Shown here: one piece after another, positions 50,127-58,390 of the stretch
Numbering within the stretch: position 1 is the stretch's first letter
How the letters are laid out: every line of letters starts with the position of its first letter
DNA from: a virus
Lineage: Duplodnaviria; Caudoviricetes
DNA: 64,000 nucleotides
Virus record (IMG/VR): IMGVR_UViG_3300034157_000065
Coordinates: 64,001-128,000 of that record
Reading direction: 5' to 3' (one strand)
The notes under the pieces: generated by a model
Database searches by the model: none
What the model was told of the DNA's origin: nothing
The model's input: only the letters and a program-made list of their open reading frames with translations
Made by a program: the position numbers and the translations under genes

Positions 50127-50789
50127 ATGAATAAAATTATATTTTTTTGTCAACGTTTGTTTGTCTCATATTCTGTGTCTTTGATGGCTATTATTTTTTC
50201 TATTTTTTTTGGAATAGCTAACTCAGGCATTGTAGAATCTGATATCATTGGAATTGTGGTAACAGGTTGCTTAGCCTTGGTTATGCTTGTTATGTGTGCG
50301 GATGGCCGTACAGAAATCAAAAATATTACTTACTATTCAAAAGTGGCGAGTCTAAACTATCTATTCAGTCTTTTTTTGATTGTGTATACTGTTTTAATGA
50401 AAGGCTTTCATATATATTTCATGTTGGCACCTGCTCTATTATTAAGTATTTTTAATATATATCTGTGTTTTAAAATGCAATCAAACCTTTCTAATCTAGT
50501 TGTGGTTCCTGAACTGCAAAAGCTCCGTAAATTGCTACCTGATGTCAAACACATCAAGATTGATTATGATTACACTTTTTTGAAACCCACTGATTCCCCA
50601 CGGTATGAACCAAGAGCTTATAAAATTATCACGACGCTTGGAAATCTACTTTTTGATGGAAAATTCTTTTATCTGAATGGTAAGACTTATGAGATAGCTA
50701 ACTTTATTTCTGGTTACCGATCTTGCGAGATTGACATGGATACATCAACACCAGAAGATGCGAAAGTTTTGGAAATGTTTTGTGTCTAG
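50127..50789 (+). CDS. 4-TM membrane protein, C-terminal tag family
   Basis: 4 TMs; LRKLLPD.KH; ends TPEDAKVLEMFCV-TAG. Confidence 0.8.
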   Translation: MNKIIFFCQRLFVSYSVSLMAIIFSIFFGIANSGIVESDIIGIVVTGCLALVMLVMCADGRTEIKNITYYSKVASLNYLFSLFLIVYTVLMKGFHIYFMLAPALLLSIFNIYLCFKMQSNLSNLVVVPELQKLRKLLPDVKHIKIDYDYTFLKPTDSPRYEPRAYKIITTLGNLLFDGKFFYLNGKTYEIANFISGYRSCEIDMDTSTPEDAKVLEMFCV

Positions 50790-50878
50790 AAGCATTGAAA
50801 CATGCTATTTTGAGCTATTAAATTAGCTAGTAATAGTGTATAATCAAGTTCTATTTTAAATAATGCCATGAGGTATTT

Positions 50879-51541
50879 ATGAAACCGCTAAACATCTTAC
50901 GTCAATTAAACCTCGCTTCTTTCATTATGTTGGCGTGTGCTATTTATTGTGCTGTGGCTTCCTTTCAGTATGTAACAGTCAATAGCAATCAGTTTTTCTT
51001 TGCTGTCGGTGGTGTCACTTCGGTGATGTTAGGTTTTGCAGTGGTCTTGAATGTATTGAATATTTTCATGATGCCGCGAGATAAGTTCTATTCCAACGGT
51101 GCATGGACATTCCATTTGCTCAGTGTGCTGCTATTGTTTACATCGTTTACAGCACCCGAAGAATATTTGATCAACTTTATCAGTATCGGTGTGCTTTCAA
51201 TTTTCAATATTGTCGTCTTTTTAAGCACGATGTCATTTCGTTCTCGTGAATCGACATTGATTAATCAACTCCGCAAACTGTTTCCTGATGAAAAACATTT
51301 TAATTTCGATATTGATTTCAAATTTAAGAAAGATTTTATTGAAGAAGCTGACCATAGTTATTTTTCGGCTATTCGTGTCTTAACACCCTTTGGTAAAGTT
51401 GTCTTTGTGGGGGATGATTTCTATTTTGATGAACGTTTCCATGAAGCTAAACGCTTTGTTACTAGCCTTAAAGATTGTGGTTTTAAATTTAACAAAGCGA
51501 CACCCGATGAAATGAAAGTTGTTGAAATGCACGTTTATTGA
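50879..51541 (+). CDS. 4-TM membrane protein, C-terminal tag family
   Basis: 4 TMs; LRKLFPDEKH; ends TPDEMKVVEMHVY. Confidence 0.8.
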   Translation: MKPLNILRQLNLASFIMLACAIYCAVASFQYVTVNSNQFFFAVGGVTSVMLGFAVVLNVLNIFMMPRDKFYSNGAWTFHLLSVLLLFTSFTAPEEYLINFISIGVLSIFNIVVFLSTMSFRSRESTLINQLRKLFPDEKHFNFDIDFKFKKDFIEEADHSYFSAIRVLTPFGKVVFVGDDFYFDERFHEAKRFVTSLKDCGFKFNKATPDEMKVVEMHVY

Positions 51542-51582
51542 ATTTTACATAATCATTTAACCATTTTAAATTAGGAGTTCCT

Positions 51583-51771
51583 ATGCCCACTATTACACAA
51601 CGTTCAAAAGATGATTTGCTACACGATATGATTTGTTTTTATCGGGATGACTATGACGAACTAGCCAGTCTTATCAGGAACGGCCTCAAAGGCATGAATG
51701 ACATGGATGAAGCTGAGTTGCTGGCTCTGTTTCGAGAGTATGGCGTTGAGCCTGCTTTTGAGGTGGAATAA
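51583..51771 (+). CDS. small acidic protein
   Basis: AGGAG RBS. Confidence 0.7.
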   Translation: MPTITQRSKDDLLHDMICFYRDDYDELASLIRNGLKGMNDMDEAELLALFREYGVEPAFEVE

Positions 51772-52043
51772 TGGCTAAGTTGAGTTCGTTATTCAGTTGG
51801 ATTAAAAAGCCTCGGGATAACCTGTATGAGCTTCGTAGCGAGGCTCAATCGCTTATTAGCCAAATCGAATCTCGCTTGTATGCACAAGAAACTCGGGAAG
51901 GATATCTTAACTCCATGAGGACTCTAAGATCGAGTCGAGAACTGTTGCAAATGCTTGATGGCACCAGTGAGGCTAATCAAATTCTATTCTTGAAAAAAAT
52001 GATTAAGCGATTAAAGCCTATTAGCAAAATAAAACATTGTTAA
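51771..52043 (+). CDS. small hypothetical protein
   Basis: GAGGTGG RBS, coupled to upstream gene. Confidence 0.7.
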   Translation: MAKLSSLFSWIKKPRDNLYELRSEAQSLISQIESRLYAQETREGYLNSMRTLRSSRELLQMLDGTSEANQILFLKKMIKRLKPISKIKHC

Positions 52044-52120
52044 ACATCATAACATTCTTGCAATACAATAGAAATTATGTTATTATTGCGGTCTTAACAG
52101 CTAAACATATAAGGTGAAAC

Positions 52121-52351
52121 ATGTATATAAAGGTTCGAGTTAATGACATCAGTGGATTTAAAAGAAAAGTTTTTGGTGGTGAAGATATGCTAAAACTTTG
52201 GCCTCAGCTTGAAACGACTGGTGTTGATGTTCTGGCTGAACATGATGGTTTATTGCATATGTATGAGAATGGTCAACCAGTAGGCGAAGATGCAGTCTTT
52301 GAAGTTAAAGACATGGCTTACTTTGAAATTATCCCACCAAAAAATATTTAG
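52121..52351 (+). CDS. small hypothetical protein
   Basis: AAGGTG RBS. Confidence 0.7.
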   Translation: MYIKVRVNDISGFKRKVFGGEDMLKLWPQLETTGVDVLAEHDGLLHMYENGQPVGEDAVFEVKDMAYFEIIPPKNI

Positions 52352-52362
52352 GAGATTTTTGT

Positions 52363-52893
52363 ATGAAATCTAAAGAACTTACCAAGTTAAATATTCTTAT
52401 TGATGTGCTTAATGCAAACCATCGTGAGTATTATACTAAACACATCGGCCATGATTTCCTTTATGCCCTTGATGATTACGAAAATTCGGATAGTATTGTT
52501 TATTTGATGGATCATATTCGTAACCTTAATCCAAAAGACAAAGAATACGCAGACTATTTGAAACATTGTTATGTTATCTTTATGGAACTCCAACGCCTAG
52601 TTCGTAGTGAACTTGAAGAAGCTGGCAACAATTACATTAGTCTTATTGAAAAAAGTTTTACTACAAAATCGGCTGAACGCGGACTTTTATTTGATTTGGC
52701 TGTTTTAGATTCGGCAAAAATGGATGAATTCTGTAAAGAAGTGAGACAAGATAAAAAAGAGATGCTTTCAAGCGTGATTCTCAATATTGTTGAAGAATTT
52801 AAACATTTTAAAGATGATAAATCTCGTAAACTTGCAAATATTAATTCGCATCATTCTGATTTTATGAAACGTTTTAATGATTTAACGAATTGA
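52363..52893 (+). CDS. hypothetical helical protein
   Basis: AGGAG RBS, 176 aa. Confidence 0.8.
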   Translation: MKSKELTKLNILIDVLNANHREYYTKHIGHDFLYALDDYENSDSIVYLMDHIRNLNPKDKEYADYLKHCYVIFMELQRLVRSELEEAGNNYISLIEKSFTTKSAERGLLFDLAVLDSAKMDEFCKEVRQDKKEMLSSVILNIVEEFKHFKDDKSRKLANINSHHSDFMKRFNDLTN

Positions 52894-53029
52894 GCCTGTC
52901 TAGCCCGTATCCCTGTATGGTTAAGACTGATAGGTAATAGTCCGGTGGCTACCTCGCCAGTAATGGTAATTAGACGACTGAATGTGTGTCGGCAAATCCG
53001 GTATGATAGTGAAAGACTGTCAAAGAAAG

Positions 53030-53050
53030 AAGACCTTCGGGTCTTTTTTT
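53030..53050 (+). terminator. intrinsic terminator (UUCG loop)
   Basis: AAGACC-TTCG-GGTCTT + T-tract. Confidence 0.85.
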
Positions 53051-53114
53051 GTTTTTATATTATTGAAATATTGATTTTGTGTGCCATACTTTCTTCAATT
53101 TAGGAGTTTCGCAT

Positions 53115-53666
53115 ATGAAAAAAATTATTTTAATAGGACTTCTTATATCTACTCCATTGATGGCGGAAGAAAAGAAAGATTTTGTTATCCAGAAAGCTTC
53201 TGAGAAGGTTGGTGTTGCTGGTTATTATCTTGGCGATGTCATTCCAAGTACTATGTTAAACAAACGTTATGTCAAAACTGATGATCATAACGAGTTCTTT
53301 GTACCGACACACAGCTTCGGTGGCTATTCTGGTTTACGAATTGAAACAACGCCAAATACCAATAAGATCTATTCAATCATATTAGAAAAGGATAGCGTCG
53401 TTTGTAGTAAAGAAGCCAAGCGAACTGCAGATATATTGTCATCTAATTTTAAGAAACCTTACAAAACAGATCTCAGTGAAAATTATGATAGTTATACTTT
53501 TTACTATCCCAACAAAAGAGTTTTCGTTTCTTGTTTTGCCTACGGTTACAATAACAAGCTCTACTTTTTTGATGACAAACTTATTGAGCAATCAAAACAA
53601 GAAGGTGTGGCTAATGTTAAGAAACGTGATGACTATTGGAAGAGTGTGACTAATATTAAAAATTAG
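53115..53666 (+). CDS. secreted/periplasmic protein
   Basis: AGGAG RBS, signal peptide MKKIILIG...LMA, Cys pair. Confidence 0.8.
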   Translation: MKKIILIGLLISTPLMAEEKKDFVIQKASEKVGVAGYYLGDVIPSTMLNKRYVKTDDHNEFFVPTHSFGGYSGLRIETTPNTNKIYSIILEKDSVVCSKEAKRTADILSSNFKKPYKTDLSENYDSYTFYYPNKRVFVSCFAYGYNNKLYFFDDKLIEQSKQEGVANVKKRDDYWKSVTNIKN

Positions 53667-53740
53667 ACTTTTTATTTATTTAAAATTGATAAATATTTTA
53701 ATACCTATATAATGTATTGTAACAATAAAAATAAAAAGAC

Positions 53741-54595
53741 ATGAATAGATATTTAAAAACGACATTGGCTTTGTCTATGTCATTAGTTCCTTTAATAACG
53801 CTTGCTGATTATAAAGTTAATTACTTTCTTGATAAAAACAACATCTCATTTACAAGTAAACCTAACGAACCTGTTGTAGAATGGCTTGCTTCTACGCCAA
53901 CGTACAGCGAATGGGCTTCTGTGGGTGACTATTTTAACTGCCAATCCGCTCTACCGACTGTTGAATCACAACCAGATGCTATACCATTTACTCAAACTTT
54001 AACTGAATGCTCACGTAATCGTTCCCGCACTGTTCAAGAAAGAGAACAAAACAATCAAACACAAGAATACAGAAATGTTGGAACTCCAGTAGAAGAAACT
54101 GACATTGAAGAACATTTGACGTATACAAAACAAATGACTGGCACTAAAGTTTCATTTTCCTTTAGTTTTGCGGCAGGTAAGTCATCCGCTGTGGGTGGTG
54201 ATACAATTGTTGGTCTTTATGCAAGAACCAATGCTGGTATTTCACTTGGAACAACCGTATTGAATGAGAATGGTGTGCGTATATTGATGTATTATTACTC
54301 ACACGCTTATTATAACGCAATGACCGTTTGTTCAATAAGATTTGCGATGACTGCCAAAACAGGTTGGACTCCGGGTGGAGTAACACCACCTACTGCCATG
54401 AATGATTTGAAAAAATATAACTATATTGATTTGTATAAAACAAATACTCTAGTTAAACGTTATTCAATAGCAGCCGCCCCTGTATTAACTTCTGATGCTG
54501 GTTACTTTAAAGAGATTTCAGTTCCTTGTAGTGAAATGTCTTCATTTTATGCTAACACTGCATTATTTAATAAAATTGAATTGAATAAAAACTAA
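53741..54595 (+). CDS. secreted two-module protein
   Basis: signal peptide ...TLA; W/C-containing extended module, then globular C-terminal domain. Confidence 0.8.
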   Translation: MNRYLKTTLALSMSLVPLITLADYKVNYFLDKNNISFTSKPNEPVVEWLASTPTYSEWASVGDYFNCQSALPTVESQPDAIPFTQTLTECSRNRSRTVQEREQNNQTQEYRNVGTPVEETDIEEHLTYTKQMTGTKVSFSFSFAAGKSSAVGGDTIVGLYARTNAGISLGTTVLNENGVRILMYYYSHAYYNAMTVCSIRFAMTAKTGWTPGGVTPPTAMNDLKKYNYIDLYKTNTLVKRYSIAAAPVLTSDAGYFKEISVPCSEMSSFYANTALFNKIELNKN

Positions 54596-54647
54596 TTTTT
54601 AAATAAAAAAAAGACCTTCTAAAAGGTCTTTTTTGTTTGATCGTCAC

Positions 54648-55286
54648 TTACTGTTTTTGAAACTTAGCCCACTCTTCTTTGATGGTTTCGGAATCAACAA
54701 AGACAGCAATGTTTTCATAAACTACATCCTTAATCTTGATGTCATGATCTCGACCGACTGACATACCAAGGATGGCTGATTTGTCTGCTGAGTAGACTGG
54801 CCCACCTGACATACCACCAATCGTTTTGGAATCACTAATTGCATAGCGACCATCTTTGAACTCAACTTCGTCTCTGATGAACTTACCACGTAGTTCAACC
54901 GATAGACCATTTGGCTTTGGGCCTACATGAATAACTTCTTCATCATCTTTTGGTGTTCTCCATTCAATGTTTGGATTGAATTTATCATTCGGTTTGTTTT
55001 TGAAGAACACGAGATCAACCGTCTCACTCACATACTCAGGCGATTCTGGGTATTTATTGTGCTTGGCGGTTACGGCATACTCTTCATTCCACTGAATAAA
55101 GCTTGCAGTCACCACTTCGGGGTTTTTGTTTCCAATAATGGTATCATAATTACTATTGGGAGCATGACTTGAACAACCAACAACTGCAGCAGCCAGAACC
55201 AATGCACACATCATTTTAACGATTTTCAATATTAATACTCCTGTTAAAGTTTCGATGATTATACGCCTAAAAAGTAATGTTAGCAA
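54648..55286 (-). CDS. trypsin-like serine protease, lipoprotein
   Basis: lipobox VVG-C, VTAKH, DL, GMSGGPV triad motifs; true start probably ~55230 or ~55212. Confidence 0.82.
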   Translation of the reverse strand: MLTLLFRRIIIETLTGVLILKIVKMMCALVLAAAVVGCSSHAPNSNYDTIIGNKNPEVVTASFIQWNEEYAVTAKHNKYPESPEYVSETVDLVFFKNKPNDKFNPNIEWRTPKDDEEVIHVGPKPNGLSVELRGKFIRDEVEFKDGRYAISDSKTIGGMSGGPVYSADKSAILGMSVGRDHDIKIKDVVYENIAVFVDSETIKEEWAKFQKQ

Positions 55287-55375
55287 TTAAATTTTTGTTG
55301 TTTATAACTTTTTTATCATTATTTGACGAAAACCTAATTTGAGGTATACTTTTTTCCATTGTTTGGAGATTTAAT

Positions 55376-55948
55376 ATGATTAAAAAATTAAAATATATGG
55401 CGTTAGTGGGTTTATTATCTGGTGTTTGTTTCGCTCAACAGCCAAATAGTCTTGAGCAGCAAGACATTAAAGCTATCGGGGATTTTCTAAGAGGCCAATC
55501 AGGATTACAGATAGGAGCGATTATTAACACCAGCACATATGAACCACTTAACAAGCTAGGTTATTTCACACTCAAACCAGCAAAAGAAATCTATCCTTTT
55601 ACTCGATATGAAATAGGTGTTACACCGATTAGTCAACAGCTCTACACCTTTTATCTAGAAGGTCAGTCGCCTAATTGTCAGAAAGATAATGTAACGTTCA
55701 GATCCTTTATCGACAAACGATTTGGGCATCCTGTACAAACTTATTTTAGTCCAGCAGATGAATCAAACATGGTCTTCATGCTTCAAGAACCCACAGCCGG
55801 TACCAATAATTTACTGATGTATTCCTGTGATACAGCGACTAACAAAACGTTCATCTATTATTACCGAGAACATTTAACCAATGTGTTTAACAATGAAGTC
55901 ACGGCTTGGTATGCTAAGCAACTGGATGACACAACAGCTTCTAAATAA
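55376..55948 (+). CDS. secreted/periplasmic protein
   Basis: GGAG RBS, signal peptide ...CFA, SGLQIG, Cys pair. Confidence 0.8.
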   Translation: MIKKLKYMALVGLLSGVCFAQQPNSLEQQDIKAIGDFLRGQSGLQIGAIINTSTYEPLNKLGYFTLKPAKEIYPFTRYEIGVTPISQQLYTFYLEGQSPNCQKDNVTFRSFIDKRFGHPVQTYFSPADESNMVFMLQEPTAGTNNLLMYSCDTATNKTFIYYYREHLTNVFNNEVTAWYAKQLDDTTASK

Positions 55949-55985
55949 TTGTTGACTTTCAATGGCTCTTTTGTTAATATGGAAC

Positions 55986-56081
55986 CACTAGGTAGAGATG
56001 ACGATGCAATCGCCTCACAGCAAGGTTAGATCATCTTTAGGTTCAGCGGCGATTGGCGGGGTTCGAGTCCCCGATCTAGTG
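55986..56081 (+). ncRNA. tRNA-mimic ncRNA (acceptor stem + T-arm, no D-stem or anticodon loop)
   Basis: CACTAGGT/ATCTAGTG stem, CGGGG-TTCGAGT-CCCCG T-arm, CAATCGCC/GGCGATTG helix; TTGACT-17-TAATAT promoter; terminator 56084-56112. Confidence 0.65.
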
Positions 56082-56122
56082 TGAGGCTTACGATTGTGTA
56101 AGCCTTTTTTTTGGAGAAAATT

Positions 56123-56749
56123 ATGGAACAAGCGAACACTCATTATTTTAAAGCGATGATTATCGTTTTATTGCTTGCTCTTATTTCTTTTTGTATTAAT
56201 GCGGCTGTTATCAATCCTTTTGATACATTGCCCTTCTTCTTTTTAATCCTTTTGGCTGTTGCTGGTGGATTATCTGTTCTTGTGCTGTTTAAGTCTCGAC
56301 AATATTTAATCACCACTGATGGTATTAGCCTTTTAAAATTAGGTGTTTCGTTAGTTCTAGCCGTAGTGTTCTTCTCTTCTATCATGTCTATCTTTAATCC
56401 GCAGATTAAAAGTTTGATTGTGTCTAAAAAATATGACGACTATTATGTTCAGATAGCTGAACAAGACCGTTATCAGCCTGCTTACTATTACTTTGCAGTC
56501 GCACGTCAAAAAAATAATGAAAAATACTTGGTCAATTTTGAAAAAAATAATGTAATGCGGAACTTTACTTACCTTTCTGATGATAATTTGTATGCATTAA
56601 CCAATTATATTAAGACATCCAGAGATAAAAACCTTATCCAACTGTATAACGAGCTGAATAAAGACAATCGACTCAATTTAATGGAAGTTGCTCAAATCAT
56701 TGAATTTATCAATAAATTTGGAGTTCATAATGATAAACCGCCTTTCTAG
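56123..56749 (+). CDS. 3-TM membrane protein
   Basis: GGAG RBS, three hydrophobic segments. Confidence 0.8.
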   Translation: MEQANTHYFKAMIIVLLLALISFCINAAVINPFDTLPFFFLILLAVAGGLSVLVLFKSRQYLITTDGISLLKLGVSLVLAVVFFSSIMSIFNPQIKSLIVSKKYDDYYVQIAEQDRYQPAYYYFAVARQKNNEKYLVNFEKNNVMRNFTYLSDDNLYALTNYIKTSRDKNLIQLYNELNKDNRLNLMEVAQIIEFINKFGVHNDKPPF

Positions 56750-57005
56750 ACGTATCAAGAATATTTACCGCAAGATTGAACATGTCTTTCCTACTGATGA
56801 GGAAAAAGATCCTTGTCCACAATGTGGTGGATGTATGAGACATCGTATCAGTCAAGACAGTGGCATGTCAGCCGAAGCTAAGTTTGGTTGCATCAAATGT
56901 CATTACACTGAATTTCGTGGTGGCACTGGCAGTGAAATCTGGTTAGAAAAGATTTATCATGCCCGCCAAAAAAGCCCTTTTTTAAGAAGATTGTATTTCA
57001 GTTAA
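56730..57005 (+). CDS. zinc-ribbon protein
   Basis: CPQC...CIKC; GGAG RBS. Confidence 0.7.
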   Translation: MINRLSRRIKNIYRKIEHVFPTDEEKDPCPQCGGCMRHRISQDSGMSAEAKFGCIKCHYTEFRGGTGSEIWLEKIYHARQKSPFLRRLYFS

Positions 57006-57057
57006 CAAAAAAATAGCGTATACTACAACTCACACCTTACATTCATGGAGATTTATT

Positions 57058-57402
57058 ATGGGCAATAAGAATAAACCACAACGTTTTGAAGGCTTCTGGT
57101 GGTCAGAGCGTGAACCACACTTTCCAAAACCAATCAGTTCTGATGTTGAATTTGAAGGTAAAGAAGCCGTGGTCGCGGCTCTTGAAAAACTTGAAACAGA
57201 CATTTATCGGCATAAAGACCGGGCAGGCACTTGTGTCTACTTTAAAGGGTTTTCTATTTGCCGTTGCTGTGGTGCTGAAAACGGAGCTATGGAATTTTCC
57301 TACAAGAACTGGAAGTGGCCGGTTGGATTGTCTCACTATGTAAAAGTTCATAACATCAAGCCCTCTGATGATTTCTTGAAAGATGTTCTTCACATTGGCT
57401 AA
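57058..57402 (+). CDS. hypothetical protein, putative Zn-binding
   Basis: GFSICRCCG...W.WP.GL.HYV..H. Confidence 0.8.
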   Translation: MGNKNKPQRFEGFWWSEREPHFPKPISSDVEFEGKEAVVAALEKLETDIYRHKDRAGTCVYFKGFSICRCCGAENGAMEFSYKNWKWPVGLSHYVKVHNIKPSDDFLKDVLHIG

Positions 57403-57491
57403 ACATTAATCAATGGTAGTGGCTTTCTTGATTACGCTTGAATATCCGTCCTCAGAATGGTATAATAACTTATCATTTTGAGGATAGATAT

Positions 57492-58295
57492 ATGACTACT
57501 AAAACTTATGAAATCGTTGTAAAAACAAACCAAGATATTCGTGAGATTTATCATGCAATTGGTGGTTATATTTCTAGTCATGTTGCAAAGAAAGTAGTCT
57601 GTGAAGGTGATTGTAGTCATGGTGTTGAAGATGTTATGGCCGCGTATGCAACCGAAAAACAGGCTGAAAACACTTACTATTCTTGGTGGAGAAAAAATAC
57701 TTGTTTCAAAGGTGCTGATAATGATGAGCCTTATGCATTGTGTTCAGGTGTTAAATCATTTTACGATAGTAATTTTCCACATATCATTTTTTCTGGTCAC
57801 GAATTAGATTCCGAAGTTCGAGCTAAAATCAAGTCTCAGTTTTTCAAAAAATTCTATGTTATTGTTGATAAAATTGACAATTCTACATTGATTGATGAAG
57901 TTAAAGTGCGTATCGACTCTAATGCATTTACTGGACAATATTCTCGCCCATATTGCTATGAACTGTTAAAAGAATATGAAATGCAGGAAAAAATGTTCTC
58001 AGGTTATGTTATTAACAAAATCGAAGTGGAGAATCATCAAGGCATGAAGAATGCCATTACTTTCTATGTAAATGCTGTCCCCAAGAATACAGAAGAATTT
58101 CTTGATAACTTAATGGGCCGTATTGAGGATCTGGTTAAAAACTATAACCAACTGATGGTTGTGACTGATATGGCTAATCAATGTTATTATACTGAAACGA
58201 TTGAGGACGCTCTTGCAGACCCTAAGAACTTTCAAATTGTGGGTGTTGATTTGATTGAGCACGTCACTGAGTCAAGAACTATTCACCTGACTTAA
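57492..58295 (+). CDS. hypothetical protein
   Basis: TGGTATAAT, GAGGA RBS. Confidence 0.8.
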   Translation: MTTKTYEIVVKTNQDIREIYHAIGGYISSHVAKKVVCEGDCSHGVEDVMAAYATEKQAENTYYSWWRKNTCFKGADNDEPYALCSGVKSFYDSNFPHIIFSGHELDSEVRAKIKSQFFKKFYVIVDKIDNSTLIDEVKVRIDSNAFTGQYSRPYCYELLKEYEMQEKMFSGYVINKIEVENHQGMKNAITFYVNAVPKNTEEFLDNLMGRIEDLVKNYNQLMVVTDMANQCYYTETIEDALADPKNFQIVGVDLIEHVTESRTIHLT

Positions 58296-58390
58296 ATTTA
58301 TTGTAATAAAAGAAACCCAACCAAGTGTTGGGTTTTTCATTGAATATTAATTTTTAGAATGGTATAATGTATGACATTTTGGAGAATTAC

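Noticed and set aside
52920-53025. Hammerhead ribozyme or c-di-GMP-I riboswitch
   Set aside because: CTGATAG is not CTGATGA in a three-way junction, and GGCAAA...GAAA...CAAAG lacks the required P2/P3 pairing.
55986-56081. tRNA-Sec assignment (8/5 acceptor/T stems)
   Set aside because: No long D-stem, no UCA in a 7-nt loop, no variable arm and no G73-CCA.
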